Below the pieces are notes generated by a model that was not told the origin of the DNA, made no database searches, and was given only the letters and a program-made list of their open reading frames with translations. Of a stretch of DNA of 64,000 nt, positions 38,281-50,826 are shown piece by piece. The stretch is from Psammoneis japonica (taxonomy: Eukaryota): positions 310,001-374,000 of the forward strand of contig QPGO01000080.1 of NCBI GenBank assembly GCA_008632985.1. The letters run 5' to 3'. Made by a program: the position numbers and the translations under genes. Position 1 is the first letter of the stretch. Each line of letters begins with the position of its first letter.

Positions 38281-39349
38281 ATGAAAGCAACTATGACTCT
38301 TGTGAAGGCCCTTGTGGTCGCCAGTGCCATGCTGTGCTTCTCATCTGTCCACGCTGGCATCAGCAACCTACCGGCACCGAAGGAGCTTGATGACCTAGTG
38401 GTGAGTGCTACTCTCGCGCCCTGAAAAGCACTAGATGTACGACGATGTACGGTACTCACCATGTTCACGTGTCTATGTTTTCCTGCAGCTTGAAAGCGGA
38501 GGTCGGGCACTCAATGGTGCTGGTGTTGAGCTGGATCCTCAGGATTTTGGGTTGAAACGTACACTGGGTGGTAAAAGGTCCAAGAGCGGCAAAGGCAAGG
38601 GTGGCAACAGATCTTCAAGCACCACCAAAAGCAAGAGCAGCAAGGGCAAGGGCAAGGGTGGCAAAAGATCTTCAAGCGAAAGCGACAGCTTCCTCCCAGT
38701 TTGTGATGAAAGCGTGGACCCCCACACAAAAGTTGGTGGATTCACTCTGGGTGAACTCCAGCTCCGTTGGTGGAACTGGAACATTTGTGAGCAAGCTTTT
38801 GCTTCGGCTGATGGATCGTGTGCAAGCCAAGACCAGGTGCCTAGCGGGTGGCTCTTCCTTGCTGGGGGTGGCGGCGACTGTGACGCCGACATTTTACAGC
38901 GTGCTTGTGACATCCCAGAGGGGACGTACAATGCATTCTTCCCCGTCGTCAATGTTGTTTGCGCTGACTATGATGATGATGTCTGCCAAGATCCAGAGAC
39001 TGGAAGAATGAATTGTGCTGGCCTTGCCGACATTCTCCAACCCAAAAGTGGCTACTCCGAGCTCTTTGCCAGGGAAGATAATAAACTGTTGGATATCTTC
39101 TACCTTTTCGATGACACTGAGCGCTACTTTGAGGCATGCCTTAATGGATATGAAGAATGTGATGATTGCGACGAAATTGAATGCACTAGTCTTGATGGAA
39201 TGGATGCTCACCCCAGTTTTGGTTGGTGGGCACTTGTAGAGGATGTCGAAATCAAGGCAGGAGATACCAAGACCTTTGATGAAGGAGCCAATCTCTTAGC
39301 TGCTGATTTCTGCCCTCGAGTCAAGTACACTCTGACCGGTGTCGTTTAG
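38281..39349 (+). CDS. Secreted protein: signal peptide, K/S/G-rich linker (GKGKGG repeats), acidic Cys-rich domain (WWNW..WLFLAG..C.IP.G..FFPVVN)
   Basis: Exon 1 38281-38400 (MKATMTLVKALVVASAMLCFSSVHAG), intron 38401-38488 (GTGAGT...CTGCAG), exon 2 in frame to TAG at 39349; normal Tyr content. Confidence 0.85.
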
Positions 39350-39869
39350 GAGAGCCGTTTAAGGAGGTGAGTATATTGAGACATTACACGTCATTCAAAT
39401 GGTCACGCATTGAACTCACACCACCTACCCTAACAGGCGACTTTAGGAACATTGTCCATGTGTTATTGTTAACGCGCATACGGCTAACCAGATTGAAATT
39501 ATGGCTGCCGGGCCCTCCTACTGGGAGTAAAACAAATTTAGAAAAAGTATTCATAGTAATGCGTGTTGTAATTTGTGGACAAATGAATACCGGTATAGTC
39601 TTCAGTTCGTACCATTTACTTTCTAGCATCATCTATTAGTAAGTCTCATTTGCTCAGCCACTCTCGACTAAACACACGTCTATCCTTACAAGAAAGCCAG
39701 AAAGAGTTGGGCGGGGTTTTTCACGAAGTAAATTGAATGCAAACAAGGCTTGTTGCAAGTTTTTGTGCATATATCCAGCGGACGCCAAATAACAATTTTA
39801 CCAGAAATCTACGCACGCTAGACTTTGTACTTGTGTTTCATGCATTTTACTCATCGTTTCGGTTTCTCC

Positions 39870-40530
39870 CAAAGTGCTTCAGCTTATAGTGAAAGCCATG
39901 GCATTGACATTGTCTCCAATAGAATGCGTTAGAAAGGCAGAGCGATATTCAATGGGATCAACGGGAGCATTGGTGGGTGGGGACGCAATTGTGCCGGCTT
40001 TTCATGGGCCGAGAGGGTTATTCCAAATTGCGGAAATAATGCAGCTGAATGCTTGGCTTTGATAAAGAATTACAAACGAATGCAGGCATACACAGCAAGA
40101 AAACATCCTTCTCACCTTTGATAGCCTTCATGCTTCAAAATCTTGACGGTGCAGCCACGAATTCCGGAATAGGCAAGTTCGCCCTCTCGTGTTATAACTT
40201 GAAGGCGCGTATTTACTACATCCGCAGGAGTTGTCAAAAATGCAGCTAGTGAAAGTAGTATGGAAACAAATGATGATGGGTCGACAAATGCCATGACATT
40301 GGAAGAAGCTGAATCTTCGTTTGGCGAACAAACTTATACCAGGAACACCAGCAGAGGCTCCCGCGACAAGTAGGTTTGCGGTAGACGGTTCTTGCTGGAC
40401 CCTTCTTGTTCTCAGTTCCATGAGATAGTCCTTGAACCACGCGTACGCGGAAAAGTAAATGGCAGAAAAGGAAAATCGCGAAACAGACACGCTGCCGCAC
40501 CCTTGTAGAGCCCCTGGTAAGCGCTAACTG
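39870..40530 (-). pseudogene. C-terminal fragment of a mitochondrial carrier (SLC25, aspartate/glutamate carrier-like)
   Basis: GLYKGAAACLFRD/FSAIYFSAYAWFK, LLVAGASAGVP [intron] AAFLTTPADVVNTRLQV (Px[D/E]xx[K/R]xR-like), PQFGITL. Frameshifted; the N-terminal repeats are absent. Confidence 0.75.
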
Positions 40531-40699
40531 CAGCTTTGGCATGGATTACCTTTTCTTTCAACATGCTAGCCGTCTTTTCATGGACTTGTATACGATTTTT
40601 TTTGTGATTTCCGAGGGATTAGTCACCAACACTTTCAACTTGACATACTCCAGCACGACCGCCCCTCAAGATTTGAAAGAAAAGTCTATCTGGTTGAGA

Positions 40700-41140
40700 C
40701 AACTGGGTTGTTGATGGTACATCATTGGGACCCGCACTCGGAACTAATGAAGGTGTGGTTGAGGGTACCGTTGAAGGCGTCAAGGATGGCACATCCCTTA
40801 CCAAATGGTTGAGACGACGGGGTTGCTGATGGTACATCACTGGGAGCCGCCCTCGTCAGTGACGAGGGTGTGACTGAGGGTATCGTTGAAGGCGTCAAGG
40901 ACGGGACATCACTTAGTTCAGACGACGGGGTTGTCGATGGTACATCACTGGGAGCCGAACTTGGTCCGCCTGATACAATACTCGACGGTAAGTCACTTGG
41001 AGCAGCACTCGGAACTGTACTCGGCTGATCAGATGGACTACTCGACGGTACGTCACTAGGAACAGCAGCCGGAACTGCCGAAGGTGTTGCTGATGACACA
41101 TTTGATGGCGTCAAGGACGGCACATTACTGGGTTCAGGAC
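40700..41140 (-). repeat. Coding-type Pro/Ser repeat tract (PSDVPS..PS), fragment of a mucin-like surface protein
   Basis: ORFs 40722..41345 and 40619..40840 with PSxxPS tetrapeptide periodicity. Confidence 0.7.
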
Positions 41141-41159
41141 TATGGAGATGTCGATAGAC

Positions 41160-41345
41160 AAATGCTCCGACCGTGGCAACCCCAAGTCCCACAACACTAG
41201 CACCGACACGACCTCCGACACTAGCACCCACCCTGGAACCGACGCCTGAACATACAGTGAATCCCACCGGGAACCCCACTCGTTGGCCTACACTAGGTCC
41301 TACCGAACCAGTTACAAGCTCGCCTTCTCTGTCAATGAAACCCAA
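41160..41345 (+). repeat. Coding-type Pro/Thr repeat tract (PTxAPT)
   Basis: APTVATPSPTTLAPTRPPTLAPTLEPT..PTGNPTRWPTLGPT on the plus strand. Confidence 0.65.
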
Positions 41346-43064
41346 GCCCCTACAGCAGATCCCACAGCAACAGTTGTTCCGACTCCGCCAATTCTTGTTG
41401 TGGTGCTGCCTCGGTGGAGATATCCTGCCACCTCCAACTTAAGCTCCTAGACCACTCAAGCCCGGCAAATCTTTTGTGACACCACCGCCAACGCCGCAGC
41501 GAACTCTGCCTTGTCAAACAGCACCTCCATAAAAACCAGCGTCAACCCCGGCAACTCCAACAGTGCCAAAACCGACACCAACTCCTATCTAACACCTCCT
41601 CCCTCCCACGTTTCCACCAACACCTTCTCTGCATCCACCAACGCCCTTGCCAAGTCCCGAGCTCATGCTATTGCCGACTCCTCCATTCCGCTCCAGCCAT
41701 GTCCTGTACTTTCTGCCCATTCTCAGCAAAACCCTGCTTGACAACACGGCGAATTTTAACCACTGTTTTCAGATCATGTTCATGACACCCGCAGCCCACT
41801 GCAAGTCGGTACCCATCTCGGAAACTGAAAAAATGACAGGCAAAATGAAAATGTGAGGGGAACCACGTACACAATAACAATCCACTGAGGCCACATATCA
41901 CAGTATTACTCACTATGATAGCTTCCAGAGGTAGTTCTGAGACACCCTACATAGTTTTAAGGCCCCAAGTACCACCAGCGGTTCGTGGCATCCGAGCATC
42001 CAAGAGGAGGCGAGGAGCCCGGCAGTGCAAGCCTCCACCTCTCCATTTTACCCGGTGCAAAGCCTGGACTAGTCGGCACACTACCAAGATCTCCCAAAAT
42101 AATGTGGACAATATTGTGTCTTCGAAAATGAAGAGAATCGATTGTAGAGTAGGAAAAAAGGCTCATCATAGACCAGATACCTGCACGCGTGAACGAGACG
42201 CACAAAAAAAGGCTCGTGAGGTATACGACTTTCGTCAAAACGACTCTAAAACTCAATCAATCACAATATACTCACAGTTTTACCTTCTTTAGAGTAATTC
42301 AAGTCTGTCTGACAAATACCAACGTCATAAGTATCCCCGAGGCTCCATCGCGTCGTTTTGTTCCCACGGTGCGCACTTTTCAGAAATTGTGACGGCCAAA
42401 AAACGACATGAAGTGATTACGAGCCGACCAAGACCCCTCCAAGCAAATCAAACACGTCACAACACCACCCTAATATGTATCTTAATATGTATAATAGGTT
42501 CACCAAAGGATGTAGAGTGGGATGAAGCATAAAGCTCCTTAACGGATACGCTTTGGTGGCGCCGACGACTTGGAAAACATGCCAACAAAACAGACACCAT
42601 AATCGACCGTACGGGACGATCCATCCACCTTTCAAACTGTAACAAAATGCAACAATGATCTTTAGTGAGTAGGAAAACGATATAAAAGGGATAAACACAG
42701 AAAGAACTTACCGCCGCAACGTTGTCGACCATTCAGGTGTTACCCGTAGAGCGTGCAACAGTTGAGTCACGAGTCGAGTCACTCCACAGTCTCTACCGCC
42801 GTGTGTCGCAACCGAAGCCTCCCCCCAGAAATCAAACCAATGTATCAGCCTCTTTACAACAACGATAGAAAAAAAGATCCCCCATGAAAGATACGTCGAC
42901 CCAACGATGTTTGCCATGTCGAGGCACTTCAAAGTGCAACATGCCGTTTTTCATGCCAAATCGGGAACGTTTGAGTCCAATCGAATTATTCGACTGTCGT
43001 ACTTCACCTGGTGAAATTTCAGTCACGGACGCCGCCGGGAACCTTGCCGCTGTTCCGATTTTAA

Positions 43065-43554
43065 GGTGGTACGGGTACAAAAGTGGGCCAGATTCTACTC
43101 ACGTAGAGCTTAGTGTGTTTTCTACACAAATCGGCAAAGTCGGCTCGCCAGCTTGAACCCTCTCCAGGACGATGGAAACTTGGACATTTCACACAACAAA
43201 GTGTTTGGACTGCTCAACTGCACTCCCCTCGACTTGTTTGTGAAGAGAAGTTGCAAGCTTCCATGGGTTTCTCATTTTGCATGGCTCTCCAAAATTCGAA
43301 CGTCGCGATTTCGGCACCTTTCTGATTAGACTCGTTGTGTGTCCTCAGAAACCTGTGAAAACTTGTAACTTCTCTCCCTGAACAAGTCGAGGAGAGTGCA
43401 ATTGAGCAGTCGAAGCACTTTGTTGTGTGAAATGTCCAAGTTTCCATCATCCTGGAGAGGGTTCAAGCTGGCGAGCCGACTTTGGTGATTTGTGTAGAAA
43501 ACACACTAAGCTCTACGTGCGTAGAATCTGGCCCACTTTTGCACCCGCACCACC
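43065..43554. mobile_element. Foldback MITE with ~205-bp inverted arms, Kolobok-like (TTAA|GGTGG terminus)
   Basis: 43065-~43272 is the reverse complement of ~43346-43554; left flank TTAA (43061-64), right flank TTGG (43555-58). Confidence 0.8.
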
Positions 43555-46063
43555 TTGGGCACACAGTTGTGCGGACACGTCGGGTGCATGTCCCTGCTTG
43601 TTTTTCACGAGCTCTAATTTGCACAGAAGCCACATGTTGGTTTCTGTGCATTTACGTGGATTTTGCACCAATCACATCGTAGAGGTGTGTTGTTCGCCGG
43701 CCCTGACGAACTCTTTCTCAGACGCAACACAATTTTCACGATGGCCGGCACATGACTGCCGGCTCGGTGGGCACGTTTCAAGATCTTTTCACGTGGATCT
43801 TGCCGCAGACGCACAGCACTCAGATTTTTTCGGCACAAATCTACGCAGCTTTGTCGCAGATGGCACAGAAACCCGTGGCAAGGTTCTGTGCCATCGAAAA
43901 TGCACAGGACCTTGCTGCGCATTTCTGTGCATGAGCAGGGACATGCATCACTTGCACAAGCCCACACCCACATGCCACAGCGGTTTCACCGCGCGGTTTC
44001 GGGGCGAACAGTGAATTGTGCTCATTGCCCAAGCTCTCACCTCTTTTATCATCTCCGCCTGCTGTCATGTCACCATGACAATGGCAAAGGACCGAGACAA
44101 TGAGAGTGTTGTTTTTACATTCTTTTGTCATTTGTGAGTCGCATTGCATGTGGTTGATGCACACTGGGCTTGTCCCCTCAAAATTCGATTCAGAAGTGAG
44201 GTTTTGCCCATGCACAACGCATCGGAGCAGCATCTTCCGTTTGTTGTGACAGACAGCAGCTCGTTCGAGGTGCGGGAGGCTTCCGGTGATGCAAGTTGGA
44301 GTGCACATTTTCTCTTTGCTGTTCATGATGCCAGTGATGGTCTCAAGTGTCACCGTTTCTGTTGGAAGCCGAAACTGGTCACGTGTTTGTTGGATCGGAG
44401 AATGCAGTTTTCGCAAGGGTTCAAGCACCACCCAGAATCATGGTGCGATCGAGCTGCTGAGTGTTGCAGGCTGCAGGTGCATGGAACCAAGTTTTCTCGG
44501 TCTTGGTCTTCTCTGTCATTAGAGTGGTTCTGCACTCACAGCCGCCGTTTCTCAGTTGTGCACCAGAGGCCACCTTTGGGTCGGAAGCGCGTTCCACTTT
44601 TTACCGCGCTTCGCAGAGCTTGCCTCTTGTGGTCGTGTTGACAACCTTTCCGACAAGGACACTCGCTTTGCTCACCTTTGACGCATTCCATGATGTGCAA
44701 AAGACTCCCGGATGAGGTGTTGCAGACGCAGTTGGTCATTGAGCACACCAGAGACTCCAACAAGCATTGCACGCACCAATGTTGTCGCAGTCTATCTGAA
44801 GCTGTGCCGACGGGGTGACAAAATGCCCAAGACAACAATCCACCACCTGATTGAGTTCCTCAACACCATGTTGCACATGGCGCACACAGTCCAAAGTTGG
44901 CGAGAAAGGTCATTCTCAAATGCCAGGTGCCTGGCCTTCTCACACTGTTGCAAGCAGCAACTCAAACAATGCACCTTGCTTGCACACACCTGCAGTGGCA
45001 TTTGAGAGTTGCAATCTTTGAAGACTGCCCTTGCAAGCATCAGATGTCTTCACCAAGTGTGCAGATTTCTCATCAATTCATCATCAGAGTCAAGCTGCTT
45101 GCTGGACAGAGTTTGCCATGGCTCAATGTCGTCCTGTTTGTGGGCGAGTCGGAAGACTTTGGATTCGCCTGCAAACAGCTGTGAAAGTGACCTTCTTGCA
45201 GCAAGATTCTAATGTCACAGTCTGTGAGCATCTCCTTCATCACAAAGAAGTCAAAATCACTGAGGTCCTGCGATTGAATCGCCTGGATCCTTGATCTGTT
45301 CGGCCGACAGTGGATTTCTCGACAACAAATCGCATGGTTGATCCGAGTGGTTTTGAAAAACCAAATTTTTGGTCTGCGCGACTCCACTCAGGAAATGACA
45401 CCACACAATGCGGCAGTTCAACATGTTGGGGAACCGATGGATGCAAGGCACTTCAAGCATGACACCGAGCAAACAACTGAGATCGACGGAGTTGCAACCG
45501 CGGCATTGATGCTGCCAAGAAATTTGATGCCAACAACTGGCACATTCTTTGCATGGAATTCCACACAGATGAACTGGGAGAAACGCGGCAAGCAAGATTC
45601 CATCCGCCATTGTCAGCCACATCGATGATGACAACATCATCAGCACAACCCAGACCCAGGAAACAATGACACATCACCTCAGTGACACCATGAAGTGCAA
45701 CACATCTCATTTTTTCCTGGGTCTGGGGGGATTGCATGAAATGCAGTTCACGTTCGTCACCTCATGTTGACGACCATTCTGTGAAAGAAAACATTTTTGT
45801 GCGGTGACACCGCCCGTGCATTTTTCACAGATCTTCCGTTTGACAAATTCCCAATTCCTCACATTTGTGATGCACCTGATTGTTTTTTACACAGACAAAC
45901 ACGCTCACCGTTTTCTCGTGCAAACCGCTGTGATGCGTGCGCACAGCGCAGCGGCACGAAGCCGTCTTGCTTCGGCAGTCTCACTTCTCCAGTTGCATCG
46001 CCTGCAACAAGCACAGCAGCCAACAACGAGCAAGAAAGCAAAGACAGACGATGCTGAGGGCTT

Positions 46064-46920
46064 GATGGGGGGAACGGCCACGGAAATGGACCTGGAAGAA
46101 GAAGCAGCGGCCGCAATGACAACTCGTTCTGGCACGAGAGATGCTCCAAAGCATGACGACATTCCGGACAACCTTCCCTCTGTGGAAGGGATTCAATTTC
46201 AATCCCGCGACATTGTGTGAGTGTGTCTGATTGTTCGAGGCCCCACCAGCCTCAACGGGCAGTCAGTGCGGAGCGAGACTCACCATCTCCTCTGTGGGGT
46301 TCAAACAATTGAAGAAAAATCCCCCTCCGAAAGGGGTGGGCTAGAGCTGATCTCCGGGTGCGATCCCCGGGCATTCCGAGACTCGTGGTTCGAGTCCATT
46401 TGGGTGCGCTTCTTTTTCTGTCATCTCATGTTCCCACACATTGGCTCGGCAGCCCTCAGACCGTTGTTTGGTTGTTTTGACCTGTCGGCGGGGAGTCAGA
46501 TTGTCAGCCTGGAAAAAATGCTGCCCCCCTGAAATTGGCGGACAACGAATTCCTGCCGGGTCAAATCTACATCCGTGATTGCATGAAGGGGACACTTGGG
46601 TGTTTCCGTCAAGACACGCTCAAAAGGAATTCAAACCGTGCTCTGCTTGGTTCTCCAGGCATTGGAGCATCAGCGCCATTTTTTGTCGGCACCCTTTGCA
46701 AGGCAGAGATGCTGGAATGCCCCATCGCACACTTTCGGAAAACCCGAGAAGAGAAGAGCACTTCGGTTTTTGTCATGTTCCGCACGGCGGGTGGAGTGCG
46801 TGCATTCAGTGATCGTCGCGTGCAAAAAGATCAGCCCAGAACTGTCGCCCAGCTCAGGAGAGCCATCATCAGTGGTTTCTGAAAAGAGTTCATCTCTGGT
46901 GTCCTGAAGGCACAAGCTCT
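46064..46920 (+). pseudogene. Crinkler/RHS-type P-loop protein remnant
   Basis: IYIRDCM...ALLGSPGIGAS (degenerate Walker A)...FRKTREE..SVFVM in ORF 46535..46882; interrupted and truncated. Confidence 0.5.
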
Positions 46921-47375
46921 CCTGCTCAAGATCTGGCTCCTCATGGCTTGTGCCACAGCCAACCAGCAAGCTTTGCAGGGAGTGCACCAGCAGCCACAAC
47001 AGAGAAGAAGGGAGGAGGGAGTGAAAGAGGGCAGCCGCCATCAGGCAATGGTGCGGCGCAGAATTGGAGGCCATCAAGAGAGAGTGGTTTGTGCCTCCCC
47101 TGCTCACGCAGGGGTTCTTCGCTCATGAGCTGTTCCCGTGTCGGACGACTGATTTGGAAGCAGTGCACCACAAGTCACCAGAACGAGCCTCTGCTGGCTC
47201 ACTGTTCTTCTCTCTTCGTCAACGGCGCTCCGTCTCCGGGTCCCCTGAAGGTGCAGCGAGCGACACAACAAAAACAAAACCGGCCCTACACCCTGTAAAT
47301 ACTATTGCGATTGGCTTTACCGGTATTCTACACCTCCTGCATGGTGCCGACAGTGCTGTCTTTGACGTTGTCGTG

Positions 47376-49652
47376 ATGCAACTACAACTCTGGAGCTCCA
47401 CAATGTTGCTGTTGTTGTTGCTCAAATGTCAGCAGAGAGCTGCTGCATCGTATGTGATTCAATCGTGTTGCAAAAGATCTTTTATAAATCGTCGCAGCAG
47501 CACGTCAGTTTTTAGCTCCAGAAAAGAGCAAGACGATCCAGTCGACAATGTCAAGTTGCGTCATGCTGCCTTTGATGCTTTGATTTTTGAAGACGCCAGT
47601 TCATTACAAAAGAATAGCGAGAGCAACAAGAACAACGTTCCGAAAGCTTCTTCTTCGTTCTTACCAGAAGACGACGTCGTTATGGATTCGCCTTTTGATT
47701 TTGGAGACTTGGAGGAGGACATTGACCTTGTATCGAACACAGTGACACCAATAAAAGAGGATGTGAGTAACTCTGCTGTCAGCCGCTTTACAGACGATCA
47801 TCCCCAACCCAATCAAGAAGAGCACGATGTTGTTTTGCCCTTTGACGTTGAGGATTTGCAACCACGAGATCCGCAAATAACTTCCATACGCTCGACAACT
47901 CCCAAGGTGGTTTACAGTCTAAGTGATTATGTGTCCCAACAAGAAAAATCAAAAGCAAACAAGCCACTTGCCTCTGTTGCACCGCAAATACTCGATGGAA
48001 ACAGCCCAACGCGTTCACCAGAAGTCGATATATTTCAACCGACTAAACCAATACCCACCTCATCGATTACTCCAGAAACACTGCGTTCTGATCCACAACA
48101 ACGAAAGCTGTCTAATGCAGAAGTCATGAAGCGAGGGTCGTCGGGCAACGGTGTCACGACGGAACTAGATGTTCTACAATCTCGTCTGGAGAAATTGAAG
48201 TCAGAAATTTATGCCATGAACAATAACAAGGAATTCAATGTCAACAGTCCGAAACAGGTTTCGCAAGTACTCTTTGGTGCTGATTCCAAACAAAGCACAA
48301 ACAAGGAGACTCTTGAAGCCATGGGGCCGCAGGCAATGTCTTGGCTGACTTGATTTTGCAGTGGCGTGCGTGCTCTCGTTCCATCAAGCGAATTCAAAAG
48401 AAACCGAAAGAGCGTGTTGTCAATGTTATGGAGTCATCGGCGGGAGTAAAAGACAAGGATTCGGCTAATGGGATGCCTTGCTCTTGGTTGATGCATCAGC
48501 CTACATCTTTCGTGCTTATTATAGCATGCCTCCTCTTCATCGAGCCGATGGAATGCCTGTAGGAGGTGAGAAGGATCATTTCTCTTGCTTCATGGGACTA
48601 CATAATTGGCTCACTCACTCGCTTCTATGCTTTCATTCTTAGCTGTTCTTGGCTTTTGTAACATGCTCAATCGATTGGTAATGCAACGACTGCTGGACGG
48701 AGAATGTCCACGCATTGTATTGGTTTTTGACGCCAAGGGCAAGACTTTTCGGCACGATTTGTACCGAGATTACAAGGCCAACCGCAAGGAATGTCCCATG
48801 GACTTGATTCCACAGTTTGATTTGATTCGAGACGTTGCCACTGCCTATGGTATTCAACAACTCGAGGCCAACTCATACGAAGCAGACGATGTCATTGCGA
48901 CTCTTGCCACCATGGCAATCAACGATGGTATCAATGTCAACATCTTGTCGGGCGACAAGGATCTCATGCAGCTTGTGACACCAAAGTGAGTATTGCTGTT
49001 TATTTTGTGCATTAATCTCGTTCTCTACCTGCTCTTTCTCAACTCTATCTCCTCGCCCATTCCATAGGAACGCCTCGCCACGTGTCATCATGATTGATCC
49101 AATGACAATGGCTCGTATTGACCATGATGCCGTCGTGGAAAAGTGGGGAGTGTCACCCGAAAAGGTGGGAGATTTACTTGCTCTGGCGGGGGATTCATCC
49201 GATAATATATTCCGGGTGTGCCTGGCATTGGACCCAAGATTGCGTCACAGCTTTTGCAGCAGTTTGGGTCTTTGGAAAATCTCTTGAAACGAGCTGAAAC
49301 AATTCCGCAGACGGCACGACGAGAAAAGATTGTGAACAACATCGATAAGGCCTTGTTGTCGAGAAAGCTAGTGGAATTGGAACGCCAGATCCCCGTGCAC
49401 AACATGACATTTCCCCAGAATGCAAGAGTTGCCGATCTAAGGATAGAACCAATAGACACGGAAAGGCTTACAGCGTTGTACGAAACAATGGGCTTGAAGG
49501 ACTTGAAGCGGAGGTTTCAGGATCGGGTAACACAGCGCAATCGACAGCAAAAAGCTGCAACGTCAATGTCACCAAGAAAATCTCGTACCTACAACAAACG
49601 GCCAATAGCGGAGATACCGAAACCGCAGGACTACGACGACGTTCCATTCTAG
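47376..49652 (+). CDS. DNA polymerase I-type 5'-3' exonuclease (flap endonuclease) without a polymerase domain, probably organelle-targeted
   Basis: LLLVDASAYIFRAYY, VFDAKGKTFRHDLYRDYKANR, YEADDVIATLA, SGDKDLMQL, LAGDSSDNI-PGVPGIGPK (HhH). Introns 48566-48642 and 48986-49067. Apparent frameshifts near 48325, 48470 and 49207 may be consensus errors. Confidence 0.88.
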
Positions 49653-49940
49653 AGGTTGCCTTCTAGCTTAAAAATTTCTCTCTTCATAGAAACATATCAT
49701 TCTTTCACCGGTGCTGGGTGCAGTGAATTCGCGCCAATACTGTGCAGCAGTCAACGCAGCTGGCATTGTACTCTAGAAAGGGTGGAATGCATCTCGCATT
49801 TGGAAAATAGGCTAGCTTCCGAATAAAGGCATATCCTTCAAAAAGTTGCAGATTTGGCATTTATCACAACGGCATCGCCATGCTGGGAACTGAAACAGCA
49901 CAGCGGTAACAGCACACAGCCGCCGGCAGTGAAGCTTTTG

Positions 49941-50826
49941 TCAATTTTTGGACCGGTCTTGCAATGAATCGAGAATCAGTTCCAGCTTTGTCGAGACGTC
50001 ATTCCACGTGTGATTCGTACGTTTGCGCCTTTCTTCGCTTGCGCGGTCCAAATCCAAGTGGCAAAAGGTTCCATTCCTATCAACCATGACTTGAAAGTCA
50101 AACGCTAGATCAGCATGCTCCGCAATCATGTCTGCTGTTCGTTTAACTTCCTCTTGGAATTTTAGCTGAAACGACTTTGGATTCACAATCAGGGGACGAA
50201 AAGTTTCCAACTGACTCACGGTAAGTTCCAAGTTGGCTCCTACGGTTCCCACCAACAGGTTTGGCTCGGGGATGCGTCTCGTCTTTTGCAGCATAACAAC
50301 CGGATTTTCTCCAAAAGGCAAACGAACGGGCAAGCCAACAGTTTCTCGTTGGGGTTGGCGGACACAGGAATTCAGCACGGCCAGCTGTTTTTCGGCAAGC
50401 TCAACCTTTTGTAGGGGCATTCCATTCCCAACTTTGTAATGCCGCAATTCGAACTCAACTCTTCTTCAAAGTGAAACGCCTTTGTCATGTCTTCATGGGA
50501 TCTTCCGCCTGACACCAAATGTCCCAGTGCAGGGTTTGTGGCAGAATTAAAGTGGCACTTGTGACAGCCACAGATGCTTGCGCCAGCGCTCCAATCCATG
50601 TCTGACCAAGGGTGACCCTCGAGTTTCATTGCTTGTTGGGCGTTCTCAACGTTTTTTGAAAGCTTTGCATCCAGCAAGTCGGACTGTGATTTGACAGGAG
50701 TTTCCTCCTCTGCACCGTCAACTTCGAAATGACGAGTCTTGCTCTCGAACGTTTCTGGGGTTTGAGCGACAAAATTGATGCCAAAGTCGTCAGTTTTCTT
50801 CAAAAAGGCCATCATGCAGAGCCATG
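49941..50826 (-). pseudogene. Duplicate of the 240-1125 host gene
   Basis: Identical ORFs 49941..50447 and 50372..50815, with the same frameshift. Confidence 0.55.

Noticed and set aside
47376..49652. The exonuclease gene as the effector of the hypermutation, or as a pseudogene
   Set aside because: It is a housekeeping-type flap nuclease with intact catalytic motifs. The frameshifts resemble the indel noise seen between the duplicated copies, and there is no functional link beyond proximity.
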